A stretch of 64,000 nucleotides of DNA from an uncultured Microthrixaceae bacterium (lineage in GTDB: Bacteria; Actinomycetota; Acidimicrobiia; Acidimicrobiales; DATDAH01): assembly GCA_963701565.1 (NCBI GenBank), contig CAVPAN010000010.1, positions 445,698 to 509,697 of the forward strand, read 5' to 3'. The notes below the pieces were generated by a model. The model searched no databases and had not been told where the DNA came from. It saw only the letters and a list, made by a program, of their open reading frames with translations. A program made the position numbers and the translations under genes. Positions 43,426 to 53,116 of this stretch are shown here, piece by piece. Every line of letters starts with the position of its first letter. Positions within the stretch are counted from its first letter, which is position 1.

Positions 43426-44250
43426 GTGACCCTCATTCTGGACCGATCGAGCCCGGCTGCTGGCGCTGACCAAACCACCGCCACCCTTCCGGCGGCCACC
43501 GCCCAACGGCTCCGTGCCGCCAATCTGGCCGCCGCGGCGTTCCACTTCGCATCCGCGGTCCTCTTCCTGATCCTGGCCAACGACTTCGACCTACCGATCA
43601 GCGCTTCGTACCCGACCGAGGACCCGGCCCTGACCGAACAGCTCTTCCCGGCCGAGGTCCTCGCCGAGGTCACCGTCGTCTACGGCGTGGCCGCCTTCTC
43701 CCTGTTGAGCGCCATGTTCCACCTGCTCGTCGGCACGATCGCGAACCGCACCTACAACCGGGGGGTGGCGGCCACCCAGAACCCGTTCCGATGGATCGAG
43801 TACTCGGTCAGCTCCACGCTGATGATCGTCCTCATCATCATGTTGCTGGGCGACTACGACATCGGCGCGCTGATCGGCGTCGCGGCGGCGAATGTGTCGA
43901 TGATCCTTTTCGGATGGCTGATGGAGCGCCACAACACCCCCGGAGCCGACGATGTCGACTGGTATCCGTTCATCTTCGGCTGCCTCGCCGGGATCGCGCC
44001 GTGGATCATCGGACTGATCTACTTCGCCGGCGCACTGGGCAACGCCGACGAGGCGGTGCCCACCTGGGTCTGGGCGCTATTCATCAGCGTGTTCGCCCTG
44101 TTCAACTGCTTCGCAGTGAACCAGTTCCTCCAATACCGAGGGACGGGGCGTTGGCGTGACTACGTGTTCGGGGAGAGCGTGTACATCGGTCTGTCCTTCA
44201 TCGCCAAGACCGCCCTCATGTGGCAGATCTTCTTCGGCACCGTCCGCTGA
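43426..44250 (+). CDS. Heliorhodopsin
   Basis: Seven TM helices. FRWIEYSVSSTLMIVLI carries the TM3 Glu counter-ion position and GLSFIAKTALMWQIFFG the TM7 Schiff-base Lys. His residues lie in TM1 (AAAFHFA) and TM2 (SAMFHLL), as in characterised heliorhodopsins. Confidence 0.85.
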   Translation: MTLILDRSSPAAGADQTTATLPAATAQRLRAANLAAAAFHFASAVLFLILANDFDLPISASYPTEDPALTEQLFPAEVLAEVTVVYGVAAFSLLSAMFHLLVGTIANRTYNRGVAATQNPFRWIEYSVSSTLMIVLIIMLLGDYDIGALIGVAAANVSMILFGWLMERHNTPGADDVDWYPFIFGCLAGIAPWIIGLIYFAGALGNADEAVPTWVWALFISVFALFNCFAVNQFLQYRGTGRWRDYVFGESVYIGLSFIAKTALMWQIFFGTVR

Positions 44251-44415
44251 CACCCGAGGGTTGGTTCGGCCAGTCATCGTCACCCCGTACCCGCTCGATC
44301 TCGGCCGGCAGCGAGTCGACGCTGAGGGCAATGAAGCTGCCCCCCTCACACGAGCCACGGCCTCCACGTCCTCCGCCAGGTCCTCAGCGACTCGTACCGT
44401 CGTCTGACGTGCCAT
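44250..44415 (-). pseudogene. Remnant of an RHH antitoxin gene (frameshift in a G7 run, 3' part lost)
   Basis: MARQTTVRVAEDLAEDVEAVARVRG, then a shift, then GSFIALSVDSLPAEIERVRG. No toxin gene follows; the remnant abuts the heliorhodopsin stop. Confidence 0.4.
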
Positions 44416-44790
44416 GACACCGCGATAGGTACCGGCGGGTTTGGCATCCGAATTGGCGGGAAGAAGCGCCGACGCGGGCTTCCGAGCCTCGGTCGGACGA
44501 TGGATCCGGATGTCCAACGAGCCCAACGGCCGGGCAGCCACTGATGTTCACTCGGCTCGGGGTAGCGCTCCCGGTTGATGACCGTGTTGCGTTTGGACGG
44601 CGGGCCGCTACAGCCCAGTCCACCCCCGTCGAGGTCGACTTCTGATCCGACGGCGCCGCCTTCGGCCCCGCCATGACGGGCCACCGATCTCGCAGTCGTG
44701 TTCCGCGTCGCAGGCATGACCGGCCCCGACGGCCCCCTGCGCCTCGCCCGCCAGGTCCTGGGCACCTGAGCGGGTCGGGCGCCTCGGCGG

Positions 44791-45588
44791 TCAGTCGGCC
44801 CGCGGCGGGGTCCGCCGTCGTCGCATCACCACCAGGCCCCCGGCGGCCAACGCCAGCACGACGCCCCCGGCTACCAGCAGGCCAGCTCCGGAGCCGCTGC
44901 TGTCGGGGGGCGCAGCGGCCTGCTCCTGGCCCTCGCTCGGGGTGGTGACCGGAGCCGTACCCTCGGTCCCGTTCGGCAGCGGGGGTTCGACCGGCGCGGT
45001 CGTCGGCGGTGGGGTGGCGTACCAGGCGTCGAGGGCGCCGAGCGGTTGGCGTTCGTAGCCCTCGACCGGGGTCCCGAACTGTTCGGTCCGGCCGGTGGCC
45101 AGGGTGAAGCGTGAGGGGATCTCCGACGACACGGTGACGAGGTAGGTGCCGGCGACGGCTGGCTCCACCCGCTCGATGAGGCGGAGGTAGGAGGTCTGGC
45201 TGAACGGCTCGTCGAAGGCGCCGAGGGGGGTGGAGGCGGTGAGCGGGGTCACCGCCCCGGCCGGGTCGGTGATGGTGACGGCGAGGTGGGAGTAGTCCTC
45301 ATGCTCGTTTTCGGGAGGTTGGTCGGGCACCAAGAGCTCGAGCACCAGTTGGTCACCGTCGACCAGGTCGAGGCGGAGGTGGGCCGTGCCCCCGGGCTCG
45401 CCGATCACGCCGTAGGTGGCGAAGGAGACGCTGCCGTCGATGATGCGGGGGCTGGCGTCGGCGCCAGCGTCGTCGTCCACGAAGATCGGATCGTGGGCGG
45501 CGGCGGGCCCGGCGAGGAGGCCGATGACGGCCATCGCCATCGCCACTGCCGCCGCGACGGTCGATCTGCTCGGCCGGGACATCGTCAC
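44791..45588 (-). CDS. Secreted, C-terminally membrane-anchored protein with mature N-terminal His (hypothetical)
   Basis: The signal peptide ...AVIGLLAGPAAA|HDPIF is followed by a beta-rich domain, a Pro/Thr-rich linker, the TM segment LLVAGGVVLALAAGGLVV and then MRRRR. Confidence 0.6.
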   Translation of the reverse strand: MTMSRPSRSTVAAAVAMAMAVIGLLAGPAAAHDPIFVDDDAGADASPRIIDGSVSFATYGVIGEPGGTAHLRLDLVDGDQLVLELLVPDQPPENEHEDYSHLAVTITDPAGAVTPLTASTPLGAFDEPFSQTSYLRLIERVEPAVAGTYLVTVSSEIPSRFTLATGRTEQFGTPVEGYERQPLGALDAWYATPPPTTAPVEPPLPNGTEGTAPVTTPSEGQEQAAAPPDSSGSGAGLLVAGGVVLALAAGGLVVMRRRRTPPRAD

Positions 45589-45713
45589 GGCTGGCGGTGA
45601 TCGCCTCGGCGATCGATGCCGCAGAGCGACTCACCGATCCGACAGAACGTGTAGTGGGTGTCGGTGGGCATCGGGCCTCCGGGCCGGCGGGGGAATCAGA
45701 GTAGAACGGAGGC

Positions 45714-46640
45714 ATGGAGCAACGGGTGCGGGTCGGCCCGCGGAACTCGCCGTCACGGGCGGTGTCCTTCGTCGTCGTAGGCTGCGCGTATCTCGTCGCC
45801 GTAGGGGCGGGCATCGTGGCGGGCGGTCTGGTGGGCGACGTCCATCCGCTGTGGGTCGCGGGTGTGGGCATGGTGGCCGGGACCCTGGTGCTGTTCGTCG
45901 GTGCCCGGGCGGTCAACAACACCTCGCTGTTCGACGCCTACTGGAGCGTGGCGCCTCCGGGGGTGGCGCTCTACTTCCTCGCCGTCGCTCGGCCCGGTGT
46001 GCCCGGCGTGCGTCAGGGACTGGTGGTGGCGCTGGTGTTCGCGTGGGCCCTGCGCCTCACGGCCAACTGGGCCCGCAACTGGCCCGGCCTCCAGCACGAG
46101 GACTGGCGGTACACCGAGATGCGCACCAACGGCCATCCGTACTGGGTGCAGAGCTGGTTCGGCCTGCACCTGTTCCCGACCGTGCAGGTCTGGCTGGGCT
46201 GCCTGGCGCTCTACCCGGCTCTGAGCGTGGGCACCGGCGCGGTGGGCGCCCTCGATGCCCTGGCCCTGCTGGTCACCGCCGGGGCGATCACGCTGGAGGC
46301 CGTCGCCGACGAGCAATTGCGGGGTTTCAACCGCACCAAGGTCTCTGGTGACATCTGCGCCGTCGGGCTGTGGTCGTGGTCCCGGCATCCCAACTACCTG
46401 GGGGAGCAGTTGTTCTGGTGGGGCCTCTGGTTGTTCGGCCTGGCCGCGGCGGCCGGGTGGTGGTGGACCGTGGTCGGTCCATTGGCGATGACCGTGATGT
46501 TCTTGACGGCATCGATCCCGATGCTCGAGCGCCGCAGCGCCGAACGCCGCCCCGGCTGGGAGGACTACTGCCGGCGCACGTCGTTGCTCATCCCTCGCCC
46601 GCCCCGCCCGTCGGCCGCGGGTCGATCGGCGGCCCGGTAA
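45714..46640 (+). CDS. DUF1295 family membrane protein (steroid 5-alpha-reductase/ICMT-like)
   Basis: ...GLWSWSRHPNYLGEQLFWWGLWL... Confidence 0.8.
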   Translation: MEQRVRVGPRNSPSRAVSFVVVGCAYLVAVGAGIVAGGLVGDVHPLWVAGVGMVAGTLVLFVGARAVNNTSLFDAYWSVAPPGVALYFLAVARPGVPGVRQGLVVALVFAWALRLTANWARNWPGLQHEDWRYTEMRTNGHPYWVQSWFGLHLFPTVQVWLGCLALYPALSVGTGAVGALDALALLVTAGAITLEAVADEQLRGFNRTKVSGDICAVGLWSWSRHPNYLGEQLFWWGLWLFGLAAAAGWWWTVVGPLAMTVMFLTASIPMLERRSAERRPGWEDYCRRTSLLIPRPPRPSAAGRSAAR

Positions 46641-46663
46641 CCGTTCCCTCCGACCTTGGCGGA

Positions 46664-47428
46664 TCAGGCCACCGGCTGCAGCCGTCCGACTCGGACGGGC
46701 ACGCCGTCGGCGACGTGCACGAGGGGCTGGTCGACCGGCGGCGGCAGCCCTGCGGCGGCGACCAGGCCGTCGTCGAGGTCGAGCAGGCGACCCCGGCGCA
46801 GCGGCCAGGGCGGGTGGTCGACCGCACCGTGGAGCAGCCGGCCCCGCCGGAGGGTGAGGAGGCCGAAGCGGGCGGTGAGGAAGTGCTCGAGCTCGGTGGT
46901 GGCCTCGGCGGTCACGGGTTCGGCGGCGGCGACGGCGATCCGGGTGGTCGCCGGTGCATGGGGGCGGCGGCGGGCGACCCGGTAGTGGAGCCGGTCGCCG
47001 TGCCGTTCGACGGTGGCGTCGGCCCAGAAGTACGGGAGCCCGAAGGCCAGCCGGGCCACCCCGATGGCGGGGACCCGGGGAGCGTCGAGGGACCAGAACC
47101 ACACTGCCCGCCGGCCGTCGGGGGTCAGGACGTAGGTACGGACGTTGACCTCGGCGAAGGTGGTCAGCCAGGGCACGGCGGGCAGGCCCGGTGGGCGGAG
47201 GCGGGTCATGCGGAAGGGCACGAGGCCGACCCACGCCTGGCCGGCGAAGGTGTCCACCCGGACCTGCGGTGGCAGCAGGGCCTGGACCAGGTCGGGATCG
47301 TGGGCCCAGTGCAGCCAGGTGATGTCGTTCCAGTGCTGGACCATGATCGGCCGCCCAACGGGCCGGGGCGAGGCGGCCGTCACCGGCTCGGCGCCGACGG
47401 CGGTCGTGGCGGCCGGGGACCCGGTCAC
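46664..47428 (-). CDS. DUF2071 (YqjF-like) family protein
   Basis: ...MVQHWNDITWLHWAHDPDLVQALLPP...FAEVNVRTYV... GTG 47428 overlaps the upstream stop (GTGA). ATG 47344 is the alternative start. Confidence 0.7.
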   Translation of the reverse strand: MTGSPAATTAVGAEPVTAASPRPVGRPIMVQHWNDITWLHWAHDPDLVQALLPPQVRVDTFAGQAWVGLVPFRMTRLRPPGLPAVPWLTTFAEVNVRTYVLTPDGRRAVWFWSLDAPRVPAIGVARLAFGLPYFWADATVERHGDRLHYRVARRRPHAPATTRIAVAAAEPVTAEATTELEHFLTARFGLLTLRRGRLLHGAVDHPPWPLRRGRLLDLDDGLVAAAGLPPPVDQPLVHVADGVPVRVGRLQPVA

Positions 47429-47865
47429 GCCCCCATCACCAGCACCACCATCGCCAGCGCCACGGCCCCGCGTCCGCTCCAGCCCACCGTGCGGATCCAG
47501 TTGGTGGCGACGAGGCGGGCGATGACGGCCTGGTCCTTCCCGGCCGAGAGGTGGACGTGGAGCGGGGCGGACACGAAGGCGGTCGTGGCCAGCACGACCA
47601 GTAGGAGCGCGACGCCGGCCACCAGGAGCCCGAGCGGGACAGGCCCGGGTCGCACCAGCACCAAGGCGAGGGCGGTCACGGCCTCGATGGCCATCGTCGG
47701 GCCGACGATCAGGCTGATCCGGCGACGGTGCTGGTCCTCGTAGGCGGCGAAGGCCTCGTCGGGCACGAGGGCCATGAGCGGGTAGTGGACGAGCTGCATC
47801 ACCCAGAGGACGCCGACCATGCACAGGCTGGCCACCGCCTGGGCCGACACCAGGGTGGTCGTCAT
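47425..47865 (-). CDS. DUF1772-type (anthrone oxygenase-like) membrane protein
   Basis: MTTTLVSAQAVASLCMVGVLWVMQLVHYPLMALVPDEAFAAYEDQHRRRISLIVGPTM... Confidence 0.65.
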   Translation of the reverse strand: MTTTLVSAQAVASLCMVGVLWVMQLVHYPLMALVPDEAFAAYEDQHRRRISLIVGPTMAIEAVTALALVLVRPGPVPLGLLVAGVALLLVVLATTAFVSAPLHVHLSAGKDQAVIARLVATNWIRTVGWSGRGAVALAMVVLVMGA

Positions 47866-47943
47866 GGCCGGCTCCGGCCATCGGGCCTGCCCATCACCGG
47901 CGCGCCCGTCCCCGGCACCGGACAACCAGGCGGCGGGCGGCGG

Positions 47944-48470
47944 TCACCGGTCGTTCCCGGCGGTGAAGGCTTCGGCCGGGAGTTCGCGGGTACCGCGCTC
48001 GATGGCGCCACGATCACCTCGGCGACCACGTCGGGGGCGAGTCCGGGCGGTAGGTCGGGCGCGGCGCCGGCGATGGGTCGGTCGGCCAGGCCCGTCTCGG
48101 TGTGGGGCGGCCGCACGTCGATCACGTCGGTCCGCTGTCGGCGGACCTCACGGCGCAGCGCGGTGGCGGCGGCAGTGAGGCCCGCCTTCGTGGACGCGTA
48201 GGCGACCATGCCCGCCGGTGGCTGCTCGGCGACCACCGCCGAGATGTTGACCACGAATCCGCCCTCGAGATGAGGAAGGGCGGCCCGCACGATGCGCAGC
48301 GGTCCGAGGAGGTTCGACGCCACGAGCCTGTCGAGGGCGGCGTCGTCCACCTCGGCGAGAGGGCCGAACGCCACTTCGCCGGCCGCGTTGACGAGACCGT
48401 CGAGGCGGCCGTAGGCCGCGAGCGCCGCCTCGACGGCCACCAGGGCGGACGTCACCGCCACCATCGCCGC
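47944..48470 (-). pseudogene. Short-chain dehydrogenase/reductase, C-terminal ~175 codons only, with a frameshift near 47990
   Basis: ...AAYGRLDGLVNAAG...VVNISAVVAEQPPAGMVAYASTKAGLTAAATALRRE...IDVRPPHTETG...DVVAEVIVA, then a shift, then AIERGTRELPAEAFTAGNDR*. No Rossmann TGxxxGIG part is attached. Homology starts at the dps stop. Confidence 0.6.
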
Positions 48471-48474
48471 CCCC

Positions 48475-48951
48475 CTAATCCAGGAGGCTGCGCAGCATCC
48501 AGGCCGTCTTCTCGTGGACCTGGAGGCGCTGGGTGAGCAGGTCGGCGGTGGCCTCGTCGTGGGCCCCCTCGACGACCGGGAACACCGAGCGGGCGGTGCG
48601 AGCCACCGCCTCCTGGCCAGAGACCAGACGGCGGACCATCTCGGTGGCGTCGGGGCGGTCACCCTCCTCGGCGATGGACGACAGCTCGGTGAACTCGCGA
48701 TAGCTGCCCGGCGCCGGGGCCCCAAGAGAGCGGATGCGTTCGGCGATCGAGTCCACGGCCAGCGCCAGTTCGTCGTACTGCGCTTCGAACATCAGGTGCA
48801 GCGTCTGGAACATCGGGCCGGTGACGTTCCAGTGGTAGTTGTGGGTCTTGAGGTAGAGCGTGTAGCTGTCGGCCAGCAGCCGGGCCAGCCCGTCGGCGAT
48901 GGCCTGGCGATCGGCTTCTTCGATGCCGATGTCGATGGTCAGGTCGGTCAT
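48475..48951 (-). CDS. dps: Dps (DNA protection during starvation) ferritin-like protein
   Basis: ...[38 protein letters not shown]... Confidence 0.9.
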   Translation of the reverse strand: MTDLTIDIGIEEADRQAIADGLARLLADSYTLYLKTHNYHWNVTGPMFQTLHLMFEAQYDELALAVDSIAERIRSLGAPAPGSYREFTELSSIAEEGDRPDATEMVRRLVSGQEAVARTARSVFPVVEGAHDEATADLLTQRLQVHEKTAWMLRSLLD

Positions 48952-49001
48952 GGCTGCTCCTCGGGATGCTCCCGCAACAGCGTTGAGAACGGGAGTCAGG
49001 T

Positions 49002-49017
49002 TATTTAGTGATAAATA
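49002..49017. promoter_or_regulatory. AT-rich palindrome between dps and the divergent DUF2236 gene (candidate operator)
   Basis: TATTTA-gtga-TAAATA, a perfect 6-4-6 inverted repeat in an otherwise GC-rich context. Confidence 0.35.
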
Positions 49018-49018
49018 G

Positions 49019-49987
49019 ATGGTAGCGTCGAATCATGGATGTCGTCTACCCGACCCACACCTCGTGATCGACGCCCTGAAGGATCGGGTGGCGGCGGCCA
49101 CCTCCGGCCTCTTCGCCCACGGTCCCCCACCGCTCGAGAAGACCCTCGACCACCGGGGTGACCCCGGTCTGCTCGGTCCCGAGTCGGTGTCGTGGTCGGT
49201 GCTGGGCGACGTGTCGTCCTTCGTCGGCGGCATCCGGGCCCTGCTGGTGCAGACCGCCCACCCCGAGGTGGTCGCCGGCGTGGAGCAGCACTCGCGCTAC
49301 CGGACCGACCCGCTGGGTCGCCTCACGCGGACGTCGGCGTATGTCACCGAGACCACCTACGGAGCGATGGCCGAGGTCGACGCCGCCGTCGCCGCGGTAC
49401 GAAAGGCCCACCGGCCCGTACGGGGTCGCTCCGAGCGGGGCGCCCTCTACAGCGCCGGGCAACCGGAGTTGGCCGCCTGGGTCCACAACGTGCTCACCGA
49501 ATCGTTCCTGGCCGCCTTCCAGGCCTACGGCCCTCGTCGCCTGACCGACGAGGAGGCCGATCGGTTCGTCGTCGAGCAGACCCGCATCGGGGCCCTGCTC
49601 GGCGCGGACCCGTTGCCCGACTCGGCGGTGGCGCTGGCCCACTGGGTGGGCGAGCACCCGGCCCTCCAGCGGTCGGCGGCCCAGGGCGCCACCATCGGCT
49701 TCCTCCGGTCGCCGCCGCTGCCTCTGGCCGTGCGACCCGGGTACCGCCTGATGTTCGAGGCCGCCGTGGCCACCCTTCCCCCCGCGGTGGCCGAGATCGT
49801 CGGCACCCGTCCCCTTCCAGCCGGCCGGGTCGTGGGGTGGGCGGGTGTCGGCAGCCTGCGCTGGATGCTCGGCTCGTCGCCGTCGTGGCACCTGGCGCTC
49901 GTCCGCGCCGGCGCCCCGGTCCCTCCGGGGCTCTTCCGGCAGCCGCTGCCCGAGGGGGCCGGGCCGGACCTGACAGCGGTTCAGTAG
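49019..49987 (+). CDS. DUF2236 (MpaB/Lcp-type oxygenase) family protein
   Basis: 322-aa ORF ...[50 protein letters not shown]... Confidence 0.7.
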   Translation: MVASNHGCRLPDPHLVIDALKDRVAAATSGLFAHGPPPLEKTLDHRGDPGLLGPESVSWSVLGDVSSFVGGIRALLVQTAHPEVVAGVEQHSRYRTDPLGRLTRTSAYVTETTYGAMAEVDAAVAAVRKAHRPVRGRSERGALYSAGQPELAAWVHNVLTESFLAAFQAYGPRRLTDEEADRFVVEQTRIGALLGADPLPDSAVALAHWVGEHPALQRSAAQGATIGFLRSPPLPLAVRPGYRLMFEAAVATLPPAVAEIVGTRPLPAGRVVGWAGVGSLRWMLGSSPSWHLALVRAGAPVPPGLFRQPLPEGAGPDLTAVQ

Positions 49988-51075
49988 CCGGCGAGGACCA
50001 GCTCGGCCGCCGCTCGACCGGAAAGAAACGCACCCTCCACCTTGGCGCCGGCGAACACCTCCCCCGCGAGCACCACCGGTGCGTCCCCCGGGACCGCGAC
50101 CGCCCCGTCGTCGAAGGTCGTCTGGGGCTCGGCGTAGCGCCATCGGTGGCCCCGGGCCGCAACGATGGTCGCCTCGAGGTGCGCCGCGGCGGCCGCGCAC
50201 AGCCGCGGGGTCCATTCGTCCGGATCGGCCTCGAGGTGCTCGGCAGCGAAGTCGGCCGAGGAGTGGATCGTGAGGGTCGACGTGGCCGAGGTGCCCTTGT
50301 CCTGGTTGTCACCCAGCCAGGCGACCGGGCCCTCGTCGAAGCTGGCGTGGCCGTCGGGGAGGCCGCTGGGACCGTCGAGTTCGGCCATCACCGCCAAACA
50401 GGCGTCGTAGCTGACGGCGGCGAGCCGGGACCGCAGGCCGGTGGGGAGCGCCAGACCACCGGCGTCGACCAGGGCGAGGAGCTGCGGGAGGGGCGGCGTG
50501 AGGATCACCCCGCGAGCGGCGATGGTCGCCCCGCCGTCGATCTCGGCGACGATGCCCCCGGGCGACCGCTTGACGGCGCCGACCGTGACCCCGGTGCGGA
50601 CACCGAGTCCCGCCGCCAGGTGTTCGGGGATGGAGCGCATCCCGCCGACACCGACGAACCGGGGTTCGATCCGGCCGGAACGCCCGCGGGTTCGGAACCA
50701 CTCCCGGGCGACCCCGGCCTCCACCCATCCGGCCAGTTCGCGACCGAAGGCGGCATCGCGCGTCCCGATGTGCTGAGCACCCTGGTCGAAACGGTCCGGC
50801 CCGACGGTGCGGGACGACATCCGCCCACCCACGGCCCGGGACTTGTCCACGACGACGGTGGCCACGCCCTCCCGCGCCAACTCGGTTGCCGCGATGAGGC
50901 CGGCCAGTCCCGCGCCGACGATGCACACCTCGGTGTCGACGCCGGCTGCCACCGAACCACCATGGGCCACCGTCCCGACCCCGGGCAACCGGTCCGGTGA
51001 CGGGCCCGGGACGACGGGCAACGGCCTCGCGGTCCGACCAGCGTTCGTCTCGGCCCTGACATCGGCGTGTCCCAT
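49981..51075 (-). CDS. FAD-dependent oxidoreductase (amine-oxidase/renalase-like); start uncertain
   Basis: ...EVCIVGAGLAGLIAATELAREGVATVVVDKSRAVGGRM... (GxGxxG...D/E...GGR). The C-terminal part reads ...LAGEVFAGAKVEGAFLSGRAAA. Confidence 0.75.
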   Translation of the reverse strand: MGHADVRAETNAGRTARPLPVVPGPSPDRLPGVGTVAHGGSVAAGVDTEVCIVGAGLAGLIAATELAREGVATVVVDKSRAVGGRMSSRTVGPDRFDQGAQHIGTRDAAFGRELAGWVEAGVAREWFRTRGRSGRIEPRFVGVGGMRSIPEHLAAGLGVRTGVTVGAVKRSPGGIVAEIDGGATIAARGVILTPPLPQLLALVDAGGLALPTGLRSRLAAVSYDACLAVMAELDGPSGLPDGHASFDEGPVAWLGDNQDKGTSATSTLTIHSSADFAAEHLEADPDEWTPRLCAAAAAHLEATIVAARGHRWRYAEPQTTFDDGAVAVPGDAPVVLAGEVFAGAKVEGAFLSGRAAAELVLAGY

Positions 51076-51125
51076 CGGCCACACTGTGCGCGGAGCCGGG
51101 CCGACCCACAAGGGACAGGGACGCC

Positions 51126-51265
51126 TTGGATCTCGACGGTCGCGTGCTGATCACCGGAGCGTCGCGGGGCATCGGCGAGGGGCGGGCCCGCCGTTTCGCC
51201 GAGGCGGGAGCGAGCGTGGCCCTCCTGCCCGCAACGAGGCGGCTCTGCTGGGCCTGACCGGATCC
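51126..51265 (+). pseudogene. N-terminal ~46 codons of a short-chain dehydrogenase (Rossmann motif), frameshifted
   Basis: LDLDGRVLITGASRGIGEGRARRFAEAGASVALL, then a 1-nt gap, then ARNEAALLGL. No downstream SDR sequence follows. Confidence 0.5.
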
Positions 51266-51447
51266 GCCACCGCCGCTGGAGTCGTCGAACTGGTCCTCGT
51301 CGGCGGCGTAGCACTCGACGCCGACCCCCCCAGTCTCGCCCACGACGGTCACCGTCGATGCGACAGTGCCGGGCGGTGTCTGCTGGGTACCGTGACGCCG
51401 TGGCCTTCGGCGGACGAGACGATGGGTCCGGGCCCGGCCTTGGCGGG

Positions 51448-51897
51448 GTGTGGGGGATCGACCAGGTCCGGGCGCATCTCGACGCTGCTCGCTATCCGGT
51501 GCGGCTGTCGTTCCTCGACGCCAGTGGCCACCCGCGGGTGGTGTCGCTGTGGTTCCAGCGTCGCGGCGATCACCTCTGGTGCGCCACGCAGCGGACGGCG
51601 GTGGTCGCGACGGCCATCGGCAACGACGGTCGTGTCGGCTTCGAGGTGGCCGCGGACTCGATCCCCTACCGGGGGGTGCGGGGTTGGGGGCACGCTTCGG
51701 TCCGCGACGAGGCCGGGCCGGAGGTCCTGCGGTCGCTCCTCAGCCGCTATCTGACCCCCACTGACTCCTTGGGGGCGCGGCTGCTCGCCCGGGCCACCAC
51801 CGAGGTCGCCATAGAGATCGTCCCCGAGCGGTGGTTCTCGTGGGACTTCTCGGACCGCATGCCCGTCTCGTCCGAGTCCGACGAGGTCGGTCGCTAG
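51448..51897 (+). CDS. Pyridoxamine 5'-phosphate oxidase-like (split-barrel flavin/F420-binding) protein; start uncertain
   Basis: ...VRAHLDAARYPVRLSFLDASGHPRVVSLWFQRRGDHLWCATQ...VGFEVAADSIPYRGVRGWG... Confidence 0.6.
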   Translation: MWGIDQVRAHLDAARYPVRLSFLDASGHPRVVSLWFQRRGDHLWCATQRTAVVATAIGNDGRVGFEVAADSIPYRGVRGWGHASVRDEAGPEVLRSLLSRYLTPTDSLGARLLARATTEVAIEIVPERWFSWDFSDRMPVSSESDEVGR

Positions 51898-51952
51898 GCG
51901 AGCTCCCCAAGCCGGCACCCTCGCCGGCTGGGCCTGACGGTAGGTTGCGCCG

Positions 51953-53116
51953 ATGGGGAAGCCGAACGGGCGCCGGCCGCGAGTGGTGATCCTGGGCGGC
52001 GGGTTCGCAGGTCTGGCGGCGGCGCAGGGCCTGGAGGCTGATCGCTTCGATGTCACCCTCGTCGACAGGCGCATGGCGTTCGAGTTCCTCCCGAACATCC
52101 ACGAGCTCCTGTCCGGCGTGAAGTCACCGGAGCTGCTGCAACTCGGCCTCGACCGGGCGCTGACCGGGTCGGGCCATCGATTCGTCAACGACACCGTCAC
52201 GGGCATCGATCCGGTAGAGCGTGCTGTCCATGTGGAGCGATGCGGTGGGCCGATCGGCTACGACGCGCTCGTCGTCGCGCTCGGCGGCGTCAATGCAACC
52301 CGTGGCGTCGCCGGCGTCACTGACCACGCCCATCCGTTCAAGTCGGTCGAGGACTGCGCACGGATCGGAAGCCGCCTGGCTGAGCTGGACGCCTCGGGCC
52401 AGCAGGCCAGCATCGTGATCATCGGAGGCGGGCTCGAAGGAGTTGAGGCGCTCGGCGAGATCCTCCGGCGCTACCGCCGGAACGGCCTGCTGGAGGTGAC
52501 CCTGGTGGAGGCCCGCGAGCGTCTCCTGCCGGAGGCTCCTGCTGTGGTCGATCGTCAGGTCCGGGAGCTCTGCCGGCCGTTCAACGTGGCCTTCGAGATG
52601 GACGCGCCGGTTGGCGGCATCGAGTCGGATCGAGTGCTCCTCCAGGACGGACGGTCGATCCCGGCCGATCTCGTCATCTGGACCGGCGGTCCCGCTCCGC
52701 CCCCAGTGCTGTGGATCTCCGGTCTTGCTCCCGAGGGTGCGTGGGCGGGCGTGAACGACTCGCTGCAGAGCAACGACTACGAAGAGGTGTTCGTCGTGGG
52801 CGATGCCGCCGAGGTACCAGAAGCCATCACCAAACAGGCCTACCACGCCCTCGACATGGGGGCATGCGTTGCCAGGAACGTCGCGCGATTCGTCGACGGC
52901 CGGGAGCTGGTGTCGTATCGACCGTCGCCCAAGCCCACGCTGATCTCGTTCGGGGATCTGACCTGCTTCATGGTCATCGGCGAGCGAGCGGCGTCGGGTG
53001 CCGCCCTCTCGGCGGCCAAAGAAGCAGTCTTCGAGCTGGTCATGACGCAACTGGATCCTGCGCCCTGGTGGCACAGGATCCCGGGCGCCACGGCACGCGG
53101 CAGGCAAAGCCGTTGA
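51953..53116 (+). CDS. NAD(P)/FAD-dependent oxidoreductase, type II NADH dehydrogenase-like
   Basis: RVVILGGGFAGLAAA...IVIIGGGLEGVEALGE...VFVVGDAA. Confidence 0.8.
   Translation: MGKPNGRRPRVVILGGGFAGLAAAQGLEADRFDVTLVDRRMAFEFLPNIHELLSGVKSPELLQLGLDRALTGSGHRFVNDTVTGIDPVERAVHVERCGGPIGYDALVVALGGVNATRGVAGVTDHAHPFKSVEDCARIGSRLAELDASGQQASIVIIGGGLEGVEALGEILRRYRRNGLLEVTLVEARERLLPEAPAVVDRQVRELCRPFNVAFEMDAPVGGIESDRVLLQDGRSIPADLVIWTGGPAPPPVLWISGLAPEGAWAGVNDSLQSNDYEEVFVVGDAAEVPEAITKQAYHALDMGACVARNVARFVDGRELVSYRPSPKPTLISFGDLTCFMVIGERAASGAALSAAKEAVFELVMTQLDPAPWWHRIPGATARGRQSR

Noticed and set aside
45753-47234. 493-aa minus-strand ORF
   Set aside because: It is antisense to the DUF1295 gene and out of frame with the DUF2071 gene, and is extremely Arg/Pro-rich.
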